Shown: positions 30,978-40,426, counted from the first letter of the stretch. The stretch: DNA of 64,000 bases from Bdellovibrionales bacterium (GCA_964230645.1 CAXRHT010000002.1:1472001-1536000), one strand, 5' to 3'. Notes: generated by a model not told the origin, from the letters alone. A program made the numbers and translations.

Positions 30978-32160
30978 AACTATTCGTCAAAGTCCAAGTC
31001 TAAAAGTTTATGGATTTTTCCTATCCCTAACCCATATATGGACTTTCTTTTACTGGAATAAGAGAGGCTTTTTTGTCAGCAGCCAAAGTGAAATTAATGT
31101 CGAGCCCCTCTGTTTTCCTATTTTCCCTGATTGTGATCTATTCAGACAATCTTTAAGCCCTGAGACTTGGCAATGGATTCTCTATTCTTATTTGTTTGTG
31201 GCTGCTTTGAGCTGTGTTCTCTGGTTTGGGCAAAAGCTACTAGGATGGGCTTACAGCGTGCTGGCTCTTGTCACAGCCTTTAAACTTTTCTTGCACCTTA
31301 GTAATTATAACTTCATGGGCAACTACCATTATATGGCTCACGCTATCACTCTTGCCTTTCTGTTTGTCCCCGCTAAAGATAGTGTCATTAAAACTCTCAT
31401 AGTTAGCTTTTACCTGGCTGCTGGATTTTTAAAAATTAACATCGACTGGCTCAGTGGAGCCGCGATGATCCGCACACCTTGGCTTACCGGCGAGATTCTT
31501 TCCCTGTCTCTATTTTATGTTTTGTTTTTGGAGCTTATTTTTGTTTTTGGTCTGATTCATCCAAAACGTTGGATTCGCTGGTTTTGTTTGCTGCAATTTT
31601 TAGCTTTTCATATTTTCTCATGGCATATCGTTGGATTTTATTATCCACTCATAATGTTTTGCCTACTTTCTATTTTTATTTATGATGAATATTTCTTATG
31701 GAAAAACAATCGGCCTGTTCCCAATGTTCTTGAAAATCTGCTACAGGGTAAAGAATCAAAGGTTGTTTACGCCTCTCTCGCCGTGTTCTTTTTTCTCCAA
31801 ATACTTCCCTTTGTTATAGCTTCAGACCCTTCTTTGTCGGGAGCAGCGAGATTGAGCTCACTCAATATGTTCGACTCAAAAACACAGTGCCACAGCCTTC
31901 TCGTCGCTCACACTGACCGAGGCAGCACCCATATCCGTCGCTCCATGAAAAATCTTGGTGTACGACTTCGCTGTGATCCCTTGATTTTTTTAAATCAAGC
32001 CCATCAACTGTGTCGTAAAAACAAAGAGTTCAATGAGATTAACCGCCTAAGCCTTCAACTTTTTTCAAAACGGGTCACAAGTCAGCACTACAAAAAAGTT
32101 CTAGATATCAAAGATGTGTGCTCCCTAGAATTCCCACTTTGGGCGGAGGTAACCCACTAA
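30949..32160 (+). CDS. HTTM-domain / vitamin K-dependent gamma-carboxylase-like membrane protein
   Basis: Multiple TMs; NYHY, FYLAAGFLKINIDWLSG and FH motifs resembling the HTTM/GGCX core. Confidence 0.7.
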   Translation: MMNYLKKQIETIRQSPSLKVYGFFLSLTHIWTFFYWNKRGFFVSSQSEINVEPLCFPIFPDCDLFRQSLSPETWQWILYSYLFVAALSCVLWFGQKLLGWAYSVLALVTAFKLFLHLSNYNFMGNYHYMAHAITLAFLFVPAKDSVIKTLIVSFYLAAGFLKINIDWLSGAAMIRTPWLTGEILSLSLFYVLFLELIFVFGLIHPKRWIRWFCLLQFLAFHIFSWHIVGFYYPLIMFCLLSIFIYDEYFLWKNNRPVPNVLENLLQGKESKVVYASLAVFFFLQILPFVIASDPSLSGAARLSSLNMFDSKTQCHSLLVAHTDRGSTHIRRSMKNLGVRLRCDPLIFLNQAHQLCRKNKEFNEINRLSLQLFSKRVTSQHYKKVLDIKDVCSLEFPLWAEVTH

Positions 32161-33434
32161 TGAGTTTAAAAGTCTTTCATATTCTAATTGGGATCATGGC
32201 CGTTTTAATCCTCATTGTGGCTATTGCCATCAATCCTAAATTTTGGCGCTACAATGGTAATTATTATGACATCGTCGATAAAGCTTGGACCTCTGACGTA
32301 GCCAAACTAAAAGACCTTCCCTCAAGCTGTGAGGCGACCAGTCAGTATCGTTACGATGAAAAACGCCTAGGTCTTGCTCCTTCCTCAGCAAAACCAAAGG
32401 CTAAGGTGCAAATCGTAGAACATCTTTTTCCCTTTAATGTCGACATTCATGGAGCTTCAAAATCTTCTCCAACGGTGGATGACTCCGGAGTCTACTTAGG
32501 AAGTGATACCGGTTGGTTCTGGAAAATGGATCACGATGGTAAGAAGCTTTGGAGTTTCTATGTGCCAGGCTCCAACAATGGAATCCATGCCTCAGCAGCC
32601 ATCGATGATAAAAAAGTTTATATCGCCACCTACAATGGTTTCATCTACGCTCTTGATAAAGAAGATGGCAGCTTAGTCTGGGCCAATCCTGTGGGTCAAT
32701 ACGTGGGAGCTTCTCCACTCCTCGCGGGAGGTTCTCTTTATATCTCTGCCGAAACCGGACATCCCGATGGAATTTTAGTTAAACTTGATTGTAACTCTGG
32801 GGAAACCCAGTGGGCTTCCAAATGGTTAGGAGGTCACTCACACTCATCCCCCGCTTATGATCAAAAAAATAAAGCTTTGCTTGTCGGAGCCAACAGTGGG
32901 CGCTTCTTTGCTTTCGCTGAGGAGGACGGCCACACTCGTTGGCAAGAGCAGTTTCAAGGCCAAATCAAAGGCACACCCATGATATGGGACGGGACCGCCT
33001 ACTTCGGCTCCTGGGATAAAAACTATCACGCCTACGATATTAAAACCGGAGAGAAGCGCTGGACTAAATATATGGGCGGAAGAATTCAAACAAGCCTCAC
33101 CTACGTTCCCGACTCTAATATTGGTGTCACGAACACAAAAGTGGGTGAGATCATAGGAATTTCACTAACAGACGGAGAGATCCTCTGGAGATTACGCCAT
33201 GGTGATCGCAATCATCAGTTTAGTATACTCGTCACTGAGGATCCGGACCGTCCGGGAGAGTATTTGGCTTGGAGTCGCTGCAAGGAGTTCCAACTCTGCA
33301 CCTTGGATGCGAAAACTGGTAAACTACTTAATAACATCGATCTTCCAGGCTCTTTTACTAGCGTGCCTTTTGCTTGGAAGAATCGAATCTATATCAGTCT
33401 TGATCGCAATCAAGGTTTGATTATTTTGGAATAA
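32160..33434 (+). CDS. Membrane-anchored PQQ-like (BamB-type) beta-propeller protein
   Basis: ALDKEDGSLVW, AYDIKTGEKRW blades; start overlaps upstream stop (TAATG). Confidence 0.88.
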   Translation: MSLKVFHILIGIMAVLILIVAIAINPKFWRYNGNYYDIVDKAWTSDVAKLKDLPSSCEATSQYRYDEKRLGLAPSSAKPKAKVQIVEHLFPFNVDIHGASKSSPTVDDSGVYLGSDTGWFWKMDHDGKKLWSFYVPGSNNGIHASAAIDDKKVYIATYNGFIYALDKEDGSLVWANPVGQYVGASPLLAGGSLYISAETGHPDGILVKLDCNSGETQWASKWLGGHSHSSPAYDQKNKALLVGANSGRFFAFAEEDGHTRWQEQFQGQIKGTPMIWDGTAYFGSWDKNYHAYDIKTGEKRWTKYMGGRIQTSLTYVPDSNIGVTNTKVGEIIGISLTDGEILWRLRHGDRNHQFSILVTEDPDRPGEYLAWSRCKEFQLCTLDAKTGKLLNNIDLPGSFTSVPFAWKNRIYISLDRNQGLIILE

Positions 33435-33535
33435 TTAATCAATTCAGCGATGTCTTTACGGAAACTATATGTTTCACGGGATTCGAGTTTTTTACCATCG
33501 ACTCATCAAACAAATTTTTTCTGCGAATTATATAT

Positions 33536-34333
33536 TTACTCTTCCAGGTGACCTAAATGATGCTGAATAAAATATTCCAGTATATTTTCTTTAGCGACGT
33601 ACTCCACTCGGTGATGGTTGGAGATAAATCGAAAGAAATAAAGATACCCACTGGAAGAGTGTACCGCTAGGAACCGGGCATCCACCGATATTTTTTTAAG
33701 CTCAACAAGACGATACTCAACGCCTGTGTCGGGATGAGTGTAGCTTTGATTGCCTGCAAAACCTTTTAAGCCATCAGCCCCTTGGCGACTCACCATGCCT
33801 CGAAACAGTTGTGGGAAAACCACCTTCCGATGAACACCCTTTCGATTAAAAACCTCTGCTAAGGATTGGTTAAAGTAAATTTTTGTCTCACCAAGATTTG
33901 GTAAATCCGCATGGTAGGCAAAGTCGGCGATCAAGTCCTCTCCGGTCAATAAGACGCGATGGAGATTGGCTGGATCCAGCTGAAAATAAGCTTCTAGATC
34001 GGCAAGACGCTCTTCAGTGCGACCTAGCTCTAGAGACAAATCCATAAACTGAGTCATTTGCTTTTCACTGAGGTCCCCTTCGTTGACGAAGACTTCAAGC
34101 AGCTTGGTCAATTGCTCCATTTTTTTACGCACCTGTCTCTGGGTCTGATTATCGGTAAATTCTAAAAGTTTTAACACCCTCAAAACCCGAGCTTGAAGCT
34201 GATCTTGTAAACTGAGTTCCTGCTGTTGCAGGTTTTCCATAAACACTCGACGGCAGGAATCAGCACTTTGAGAAAGAATGGAAAAATGTAAGCAGAAAAA
34301 AAAGACGGTAACAAGCTTTAGAACTGAACACAT
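33536..34333 (-). CDS. Secreted hypothetical protein, possible RelE-like C-terminal domain
   Basis: Signal peptide then SCRRVF, a helical region, and C-terminal LKG..LVELK..ARFL..LYF pattern. Confidence 0.6.
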   Translation of the reverse strand: MCSVLKLVTVFFFCLHFSILSQSADSCRRVFMENLQQQELSLQDQLQARVLRVLKLLEFTDNQTQRQVRKKMEQLTKLLEVFVNEGDLSEKQMTQFMDLSLELGRTEERLADLEAYFQLDPANLHRVLLTGEDLIADFAYHADLPNLGETKIYFNQSLAEVFNRKGVHRKVVFPQLFRGMVSRQGADGLKGFAGNQSYTHPDTGVEYRLVELKKISVDARFLAVHSSSGYLYFFRFISNHHRVEYVAKENILEYFIQHHLGHLEE

Positions 34334-34438
34334 AACAATAGCCCCGAGACAGAAAGACAGTATTTCTGCATATAAGCTCTGATTTTAGGCGGTTAAAGTC
34401 AATTTTAGGAGGAGGAAAAAGAAGTTTTTACAGGCCAA

Positions 34439-35029
34439 TTATTCTATTCCACCCTCTATATTTTCGATCCCAGGTTTCAACTGATCATTTGAAGTGACCC
34501 CATTGAAAAAGCCAACCATCGGGCTGACCACCAAGCCAAGACTTGCTGAATCCGCTGAAATTGTAAATGAACCCCTGAAACGTAAGGTTATGGGAGAGGA
34601 AGCTGTAAAAGTGCCGTTGTCATTGACGATCGATAAACTTAGATCTTCGCCACATTCATCTTTAAGAAACAAATCCACTCTTTGATAATCGCCAGGGGGA
34701 ATATCGAAAATACCGAGCGAGGTCCCTGCGGGACTCCATTGGGAAAATCCTGCCGATAAATTGACGTTTTCACCAGGATCAGAAGAGCTTGGATCCTTCT
34801 TGAAACGAATTTGATGAAAACACATTGACACATTAGAAACTGTCGCTAGAGCTTTAGGTACAAATAGGTCTAACATAGTAGAACCTTGGGATTCACTGTA
34901 AGAGGAGAGATAAATTTCAACCCCTGGGTCACCGGTTTCGGTTCCCTTGCTCGGTCCGCATGATTGCCCTAGGAGCATCAATGAAACTAGAGCTGACAAC
35001 ATTTTTGTTTTTCCAAATCTTAATTTCAT
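34439..35029 (-). CDS. Lipoprotein with DUF4382-like beta-sandwich
   Basis: Lipobox-like GQSC, GTETGDP, IPPGDYQRVDL; ATGA-coupled to the upstream gene. Confidence 0.7.
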   Translation of the reverse strand: MKLRFGKTKMLSALVSLMLLGQSCGPSKGTETGDPGVEIYLSSYSESQGSTMLDLFVPKALATVSNVSMCFHQIRFKKDPSSSDPGENVNLSAGFSQWSPAGTSLGIFDIPPGDYQRVDLFLKDECGEDLSLSIVNDNGTFTASSPITLRFRGSFTISADSASLGLVVSPMVGFFNGVTSNDQLKPGIENIEGGIE

Positions 35030-35898
35030 TTCTCCTCCAAACCAATAAGTGGGAAAGCTGACAAATTGACGTGAAAAACTTTGTCTTTTTTTGAAGCACA
35101 CGAGTTCTCAAGTTCTTTAATTCTCTCTCTTGTCTCTTCCAAAATTTGTTTCAGTTCATCAAGCTTGCTGCTATCAAGAGCAAAAGTGTAACCGATTTGC
35201 TTACGGTCCTCTTTCTGATGGATTTCAATGCCCAGGCTGGCAAGTTCTAACATTTTTTTGTGGTAACTTCCTAAAGATAGCTGATAAATACCTCCTAAAC
35301 AGGAGATGTCCTTATCTAAAGGATGCAAAACCCCATTCTCATCCACCTCTAACAGTTTATTTTCCAATAAAAACTCGATCGACTTTTTGATGTCCCCTTG
35401 AGTCACCTTATAGGGAATCATATTTTTAAGAGAATGAGGGTCATTTTTGAGAAGTCCTGTGACGGCGAACTCTCTTAAGGCAACATGAAGCCATTGACTT
35501 AAGTATTCAAATGTCACCGGTTCTTGAAAATCCAAAGATCGGTATTTGTGGTTTCTTTGAATTAACTTAAAAGCACTGACTCGCTTTTTTACACTTTTAG
35601 CATCTGCTAAAACAGTGAGTGTTTTTAAATAGCCTTTTTCTTCTTTAGTCCATTTCGCAAAGGAAGATAATTTATCAATCATTTTAGAACTGAGATTTCT
35701 ATGACGGTCGATCACCAATGATAAATAACCATGGGAGATTTCAACTTGCTTTGCTATCTCCCTTAATGACAAACCCCGCTGAGTTTTCTGAAAGTCACAC
35801 CATGCCTTCAGAAAATCACGATAGTCATGATATTCAAAAACGGATGGCTCTTTATATTTAGGGTTTATTTTCTTTTCTCCCATGTTTTCATCATACAT
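35026..35898 (-). CDS. TIGR02147-family protein (Xre HTH plus DUF4423-like)
   Basis: VFEYHDYRDFL, SLREIAK…GYLSLVI..RNLS, W.H.ALRE, and C-terminal VFHVNLSAFPL. Confidence 0.88.
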   Translation of the reverse strand: MYDENMGEKKINPKYKEPSVFEYHDYRDFLKAWCDFQKTQRGLSLREIAKQVEISHGYLSLVIDRHRNLSSKMIDKLSSFAKWTKEEKGYLKTLTVLADAKSVKKRVSAFKLIQRNHKYRSLDFQEPVTFEYLSQWLHVALREFAVTGLLKNDPHSLKNMIPYKVTQGDIKKSIEFLLENKLLEVDENGVLHPLDKDISCLGGIYQLSLGSYHKKMLELASLGIEIHQKEDRKQIGYTFALDSSKLDELKQILEETRERIKELENSCASKKDKVFHVNLSAFPLIGLEEK

Positions 35899-36090
35899 GG
35901 TTTTCTGAAATAAATATTTAATTCCAAAATTTTGTAGACAAAGATCAAGGTTTTTGAGTTGTAAGCTATTAATATTATTGTATTTCTACTTTTAAGATTT
36001 CGAAATCTCAAAAAAATACCTCATTTTTTGTAGACAGATTTTACATTAGACAAAAAATCCAACTTTAAAAGAAATGAGGCGGGGCTTATT

Positions 36091-36106
36091 TGGTCCCCCG
36101 GTTGCA
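36091..36106 (+). promoter_or_regulatory. Sigma54 promoter
   Basis: TGGTCCCCCGGTTGCA, GG-N10-GC. Confidence 0.55.
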
Positions 36107-36173
36107 ATAGTAAAATACGTGCACGTCGGCGGTTGCTTAAAGTTTCTAATCGAAACACGTTTTAGGAGGATCT

Positions 36174-36815
36174 ATGAGTGTTCGACAAATAGCTAATGCG
36201 ATTCTAATGATGGCACTTGCTCTTTTTATTGCTAACTGTGGTCAAGGTCTACAAAGCGACTCGGACACTGGTCTTGTCGCAATGAAAATGAGTAACGAGC
36301 AAGAAACAACCCTAATCAACGGGGAACAAGTTCCCTACGATGAACAGGAACCTCCAACCGAAGAGGAAGATCGTCCCGCCGATGAAGGAGAAGGAGATGA
36401 TGGTGCAACGGGTGGAGATGATGAAGGCACAGTCTCTGATAATGATGAACCTTCTGGGGAGGAACAGGATGACTCCAGTAATGATGATGAAGGAAGCGAA
36501 GTCGGAGAAAACGATGAAGAGTCAGAACAGGAGCCCACACCAGAGGGAGATAAAAACTTTATCTGTATCCTTGATGGCCCCGGCAAGTCGGTGCGCCTTG
36601 GATTTATTAACGATAAGTTTGCCGAACACGGTAAAACTCCAGGTGTTGTCTGCATGAGTGAAAAAGCTTGTAATGAACAAGTCAGCCGAGTGTTTAACGT
36701 GAAGGGTCCCCATAAACGTGGCTTTTGCCCGGATCGCAACCCTCATGTACTGACCATGACTTATGATCAAATTAAATCAATGATAGATGATGAAATTAAT
36801 CAAGAGGAGGAATAA
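36174..36815 (+). CDS. Lipoprotein with Asp/Glu-rich linker and 4-Cys C-terminal domain
   Basis: AGGAGG SD, IANC lipobox, acidic low-complexity tract. Confidence 0.8.
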   Translation: MSVRQIANAILMMALALFIANCGQGLQSDSDTGLVAMKMSNEQETTLINGEQVPYDEQEPPTEEEDRPADEGEGDDGATGGDDEGTVSDNDEPSGEEQDDSSNDDEGSEVGENDEESEQEPTPEGDKNFICILDGPGKSVRLGFINDKFAEHGKTPGVVCMSEKACNEQVSRVFNVKGPHKRGFCPDRNPHVLTMTYDQIKSMIDDEINQEEE

Positions 36816-36871
36816 GCAAGAGATTTTTTACTTAATCCAATTTTGAACCTTTTAAACATTTAATTTGTTTG

Positions 36872-36910
36872 AAGCGCTCCTGTCACTCACCCGGGAGCGC
36901 TTTTTTATTT
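36872..36910 (+). terminator. Intrinsic terminator
   Basis: AAGCGCTCC…GGAGCGCTT followed by a T-run. Confidence 0.8.
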
Positions 36911-36922
36911 TGAAAATAGATA

Positions 36923-37327
36923 TTAATCTTGGCGAAGAACCGCGCAGAGATCGGCTGCGTAAACCTCGTCGAACAAAGACAATTCACCACTAGGATTACA
37001 AGATTTGGTAAATGTGTCCGTCCATTCATCAGCCCTGGCACATAAGATACTGGCTCGATTCAAATCACCACTTGAAAGAGCTTGTTCAATTTTTAAATCA
37101 ATATCTTTAGCATTGGCTTGATAGCGACGTTGTATAGACTCAAAGTCTTGCCTTTCCACTGGTGACTGAAAATTGATGGCCGCTTCAATTTCTGCTTCAC
37201 TACCACAAACAACAAGGCTCATAAAAGAAGCTTCATCCATCTGGGCCCTAGCTACCGTAGAGCCAAACAAGACACAACAAGTGAACAATCCCAGAACTAA
37301 CCGATATCCCATTTTTTGTTTTCCCAT
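36923..37327 (-). CDS. Small secreted Cys-containing hypothetical protein
   Basis: Signal peptide ending VARA; start probably 37327 or 37312. Confidence 0.6.
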   Translation of the reverse strand: MGKQKMGYRLVLGLFTCCVLFGSTVARAQMDEASFMSLVVCGSEAEIEAAINFQSPVERQDFESIQRRYQANAKDIDLKIEQALSSGDLNRASILCARADEWTDTFTKSCNPSGELSLFDEVYAADLCAVLRQD

Positions 37328-37486
37328 GTCGAACAAATTACAAAAAAAAAGGGAGTTTTTAAAGGCATTTACTCCTATCCTGAAATTCTTTCCACAAGGT
37401 CGTCTAATCTTTAGACACTCCAACCTCTAAAGCCTGGACTAAGGATTAATTCTCAACCCTGAAGCTCACTAGATTTGAGAAGCCCT

Positions 37487-37513
37487 CAAAAAGAAACTTC
37501 TAATCTCCGATAA
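37487..37513 (+). promoter_or_regulatory. Sigma28-like promoter
   Basis: CAAA-N15-TCCGATAA, 6 nt before ATG 37520. Confidence 0.55.
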
Positions 37514-37519
37514 ACGGTT

Positions 37520-38344
37520 ATGAGACTCTTCAGTGTATTTATTTTAGTACTTCTCCAATGTTCACTTAGCTTCGGACAAGAGACCCGTTCTTTACAACCT
37601 GAGACCCCCGTTTTATTGAACTATGAAAATGAAACTGTCTACGCCACATTTAGTGGATATCGGGAAAGAAACGGTTCAACCGATCTTCTTTTTCACCAGC
37701 GACGCTACTTGTTTAGAGCTGGGACCGACCAAGAAAACCTGGGCCCATTCCAAAGAAGTCGCAACTATTCCCCAAGGAACATTAGAGTCTCTCGAGACCG
37801 CGCCCAATACCAGACCGCTATTAATTCCACAGAGGTACAAATTCACAATGAAAATGTTTCCCTTGAAGCGGGCAATATCGTAATGACTCGAAATAATCGT
37901 TTTTTTAAAATTGAAGCTGTTTTTGCTGATGGAAGAATTGCCGCTTACGAGCTTAATTACAATCCTAACGGACGAGATCGTATTGGCCACTCGCGAAATT
38001 TCAGAGTGATTGAAGGACGCAATATCCGTATTTTTTCCAAAGACGAAATTGTCGCCAAAGAGGTGCGAAGCTTTCGAGGCTACTCCCCTGGTAACCGTAT
38101 TTCTGAAATCGAGGGTATCCCAGTTTGTGATCGTTCCCTGGTTCAAGAATATAATTTTGAAGCTCATCCAGCAAACCTTAACCGCGACCAATTTCCACTT
38201 TCTGGTTGTCGAGTCGGAGGACAGACATCCATCGGAGCTGTTTTCTCAGACGGTTCTTTGGTTTTTGGTAGGGAGACTATTGTGAATCCTTTTCCTACTA
38301 CGATACATAGGTACGCCCCAAGGCAAGAGGACGTCAGCCAATAA
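37520..38344 (+). CDS. Secreted hypothetical protein with internal IxAVFxDG repeat
   Basis: Signal peptide; IEAVFADG and IGAVFSDG. Confidence 0.7.
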   Translation: MRLFSVFILVLLQCSLSFGQETRSLQPETPVLLNYENETVYATFSGYRERNGSTDLLFHQRRYLFRAGTDQENLGPFQRSRNYSPRNIRVSRDRAQYQTAINSTEVQIHNENVSLEAGNIVMTRNNRFFKIEAVFADGRIAAYELNYNPNGRDRIGHSRNFRVIEGRNIRIFSKDEIVAKEVRSFRGYSPGNRISEIEGIPVCDRSLVQEYNFEAHPANLNRDQFPLSGCRVGGQTSIGAVFSDGSLVFGRETIVNPFPTTIHRYAPRQEDVSQ

Positions 38345-38376
38345 AAAAAAATAGCGATCTTTTTTAAAAGATCGCT
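38343..38376 (-). terminator. Intrinsic terminator after fliW
   Basis: AGCGATCTTT/AAAGATCGCT stem, then a T-run on the minus strand. Confidence 0.75.
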
Positions 38377-38405
38377 CCTCTATTTTCTGTTTATTCAATT
38401 TAACT

Positions 38406-38939
38406 TTATAAACCCGCTTCAGGTTTTCGAGTCTCTCGAAGTCGAACCGCCACACCCCAATCAGTGACCTGACTTTTGATGGCTTCTGGATTATGACTGA
38501 CAACTCTTTGTTGCAGCTTTGTGAAGATAGGCTCTCTAATTTCAAGCTTATTGTTTTGAAGCACACATTGTCTGGCTCGGCGTTTTTCAATATTGACCAC
38601 AACCGGTGCCTTTAGATTCGCTGTCATGCGAGCTGGATCCTCTGGGATCGTGATAATGCAAAATGAACGAAGTCCGGATTCATCAGTAGCCCCTAAAGAC
38701 TGTAGATCGGATTTTGAAAGTTCTAATTTATAGTTATCTTCAAAAAGTTCAGGCTCTAAAACTGGAAAAGCAATACTAGCTTCGTCACAGCTCTGCAGCC
38801 ATGCAAATATTTCGTCATTGGGATCATCGAGAAGAACAAATTTTTCAAGGTCATTAAACCCAAGTAGTCCTTCTGAAAAGTCCAGCAAATCCTCGCTGGA
38901 TATCTCAATAGGTCCAAATCGCGTCGTATTCACTATCAT
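38406..38939 (-). CDS. fliW: Flagellar assembly factor / CsrA antagonist FliW
   Basis: TTRFG, F.EGLLGF, WLQS, TANLKAPVVVN. Confidence 0.95.
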   Translation of the reverse strand: MIVNTTRFGPIEISSEDLLDFSEGLLGFNDLEKFVLLDDPNDEIFAWLQSCDEASIAFPVLEPELFEDNYKLELSKSDLQSLGATDESGLRSFCIITIPEDPARMTANLKAPVVVNIEKRRARQCVLQNNKLEIREPIFTKLQQRVVSHNPEAIKSQVTDWGVAVRLRETRKPEAGL

Positions 38940-39058
38940 AGGCCCCCCCTATACATCGTTAGACGACTTGAGTCCCCCCACGGGTTAATCATGTAAATAG
39001 TATTCTGGACTTTTTACCTAGTGCAAGGTCTAAATTGTTAGCATTTTTACGCTTTGCG

Positions 39059-39289
39059 CTATTTCTTCTTTAAAAGGCTGGCAACTTCTTGCACTTTTTC
39101 AGCAGAAGTCTCTGTAGAGGCTTTATTTTGGTCCTGAATGGAAACGTAAACTTCTTCTCGGTGGATTTTTGTATCCCGCGGGGCTTCAATTCCCAGGCGC
39201 ACTTGTTTGCCTTTGATTTGCACTACCCGAATCTTGATGTGGTCATCAATGGCAATGCTCTCACCAAGCTTTCTTGTTAGAACCAGCAT
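39059..39289 (-). CDS. csrA: Carbon storage regulator CsrA, FliW-type
   Basis: MLVLTRKLGESI…VRLGIEAP…IHREE; Asn55 and C-terminal extension. Confidence 0.97.
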   Translation of the reverse strand: MLVLTRKLGESIAIDDHIKIRVVQIKGKQVRLGIEAPRDTKIHREEVYVSIQDQNKASTETSAEKVQEVASLLKKK

Positions 39290-39335
39290 TCTTTGCTCCT
39301 TCAACATCCTCGTCAAAGTCGTAACATCCGTCGCT
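39290..39335 (-). promoter_or_regulatory. Putative CsrA sites in the csrA leader
   Basis: Two GGATGTT 20 nt apart plus AGGA in the SD. Confidence 0.6.
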
Positions 39336-39366
39336 CACTATTGAGGAATTAAATTAGCTATTATTG

Positions 39367-40413
39367 CTACCGTAGAAAGTCAAGAAGACTGTTCTGAATC
39401 ATTTTACCCGAAGTGGCGAGTGAGGCCTCGAGTTGGTTCTGTGTCCGGTTGAGATTGTTTACAAGTTCATACATATCCACGTCTTCAATTTCGGACTGTA
39501 TCATTTTCGAATCAACCTGTAATTTTTGTATGGTTTCAAGCCCTGTGTTAAGGACTGACATTCGAGATCCAAGCTCTGCTCGAGCAAGATTCACCTGATT
39601 GAGAGCATCATCAATAAAGTCCAATGAGTTTTGAATCATGGCTTTGTCATTGGTTTTTAAGCCCGTCTCTAAGGTTTGAATCGTGGTAAAGACGTTGACT
39701 GATTTTGGTCCCCAGTAGCCTTGCTCATTGATCGATGGGTCTTCCACAACGGGAGCAAACATTTCACTAGCTGGTTGTCTTAACTCAGGGGCATCCTCTG
39801 CGGGAGTGTTGTCCTCTTTTAATGAAGGATCAATCTCCTTGGTGGTCCCAATGGGATCATTGAGTTTCTTCCCAAGGAACACGTGACTTCCTGGAATGTT
39901 CATTGTCATTTTGGCATCTTTATCAATGGGAACTTCTATTTCTGCATCATCGCCATAATAGTTCCCTTGCATATCAAAAGGAGCCTTTGTGGTTTTATAC
40001 CCACCGAAAAGATAGCGGTCGCCAAATTTACGATTCCCGATGTTCACCATTTGACCAAAGATTTGATCAATTTCCATGGCAACCATCTTGCGAGTATCAG
40101 GGCCGGCGGCACCATCACTGGCTTGTTGGATGGCTAGTTCTTTGGCACGAATTAAGAGCTCACCCATCTCCCCTAAAGACTGCTCCGAAAACTGTACGAA
40201 ACCTTTTGTGGAAAGAATATTTTTTTCAAATTGTTCAAAGCCTTGAATTTCTGTGCGGTTCTCAAGAATTCGAGCCGCACCGAGAGGATCATCAGAGGGT
40301 TTGGTGATTCTCTTTTGCAGAGCCGCCTGATTTTGGAAAGTCGAAAGCTGATGGCGGTTCTTATTCAAATTTGAGACCACTTGTCTGTGGTTCATTTTAT
40401 CGGCTACACGCAT
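39367..40413 (-). CDS. flgL: Hook-associated protein FlgL
   Basis: KRITKPSDDP, RYLFGG, ends SLLDFLR. Confidence 0.95.
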   Translation of the reverse strand: MRVADKMNHRQVVSNLNKNRHQLSTFQNQAALQKRITKPSDDPLGAARILENRTEIQGFEQFEKNILSTKGFVQFSEQSLGEMGELLIRAKELAIQQASDGAAGPDTRKMVAMEIDQIFGQMVNIGNRKFGDRYLFGGYKTTKAPFDMQGNYYGDDAEIEVPIDKDAKMTMNIPGSHVFLGKKLNDPIGTTKEIDPSLKEDNTPAEDAPELRQPASEMFAPVVEDPSINEQGYWGPKSVNVFTTIQTLETGLKTNDKAMIQNSLDFIDDALNQVNLARAELGSRMSVLNTGLETIQKLQVDSKMIQSEIEDVDMYELVNNLNRTQNQLEASLATSGKMIQNSLLDFLR

Positions 40414-40426
40414 TGGCTAAACTACC

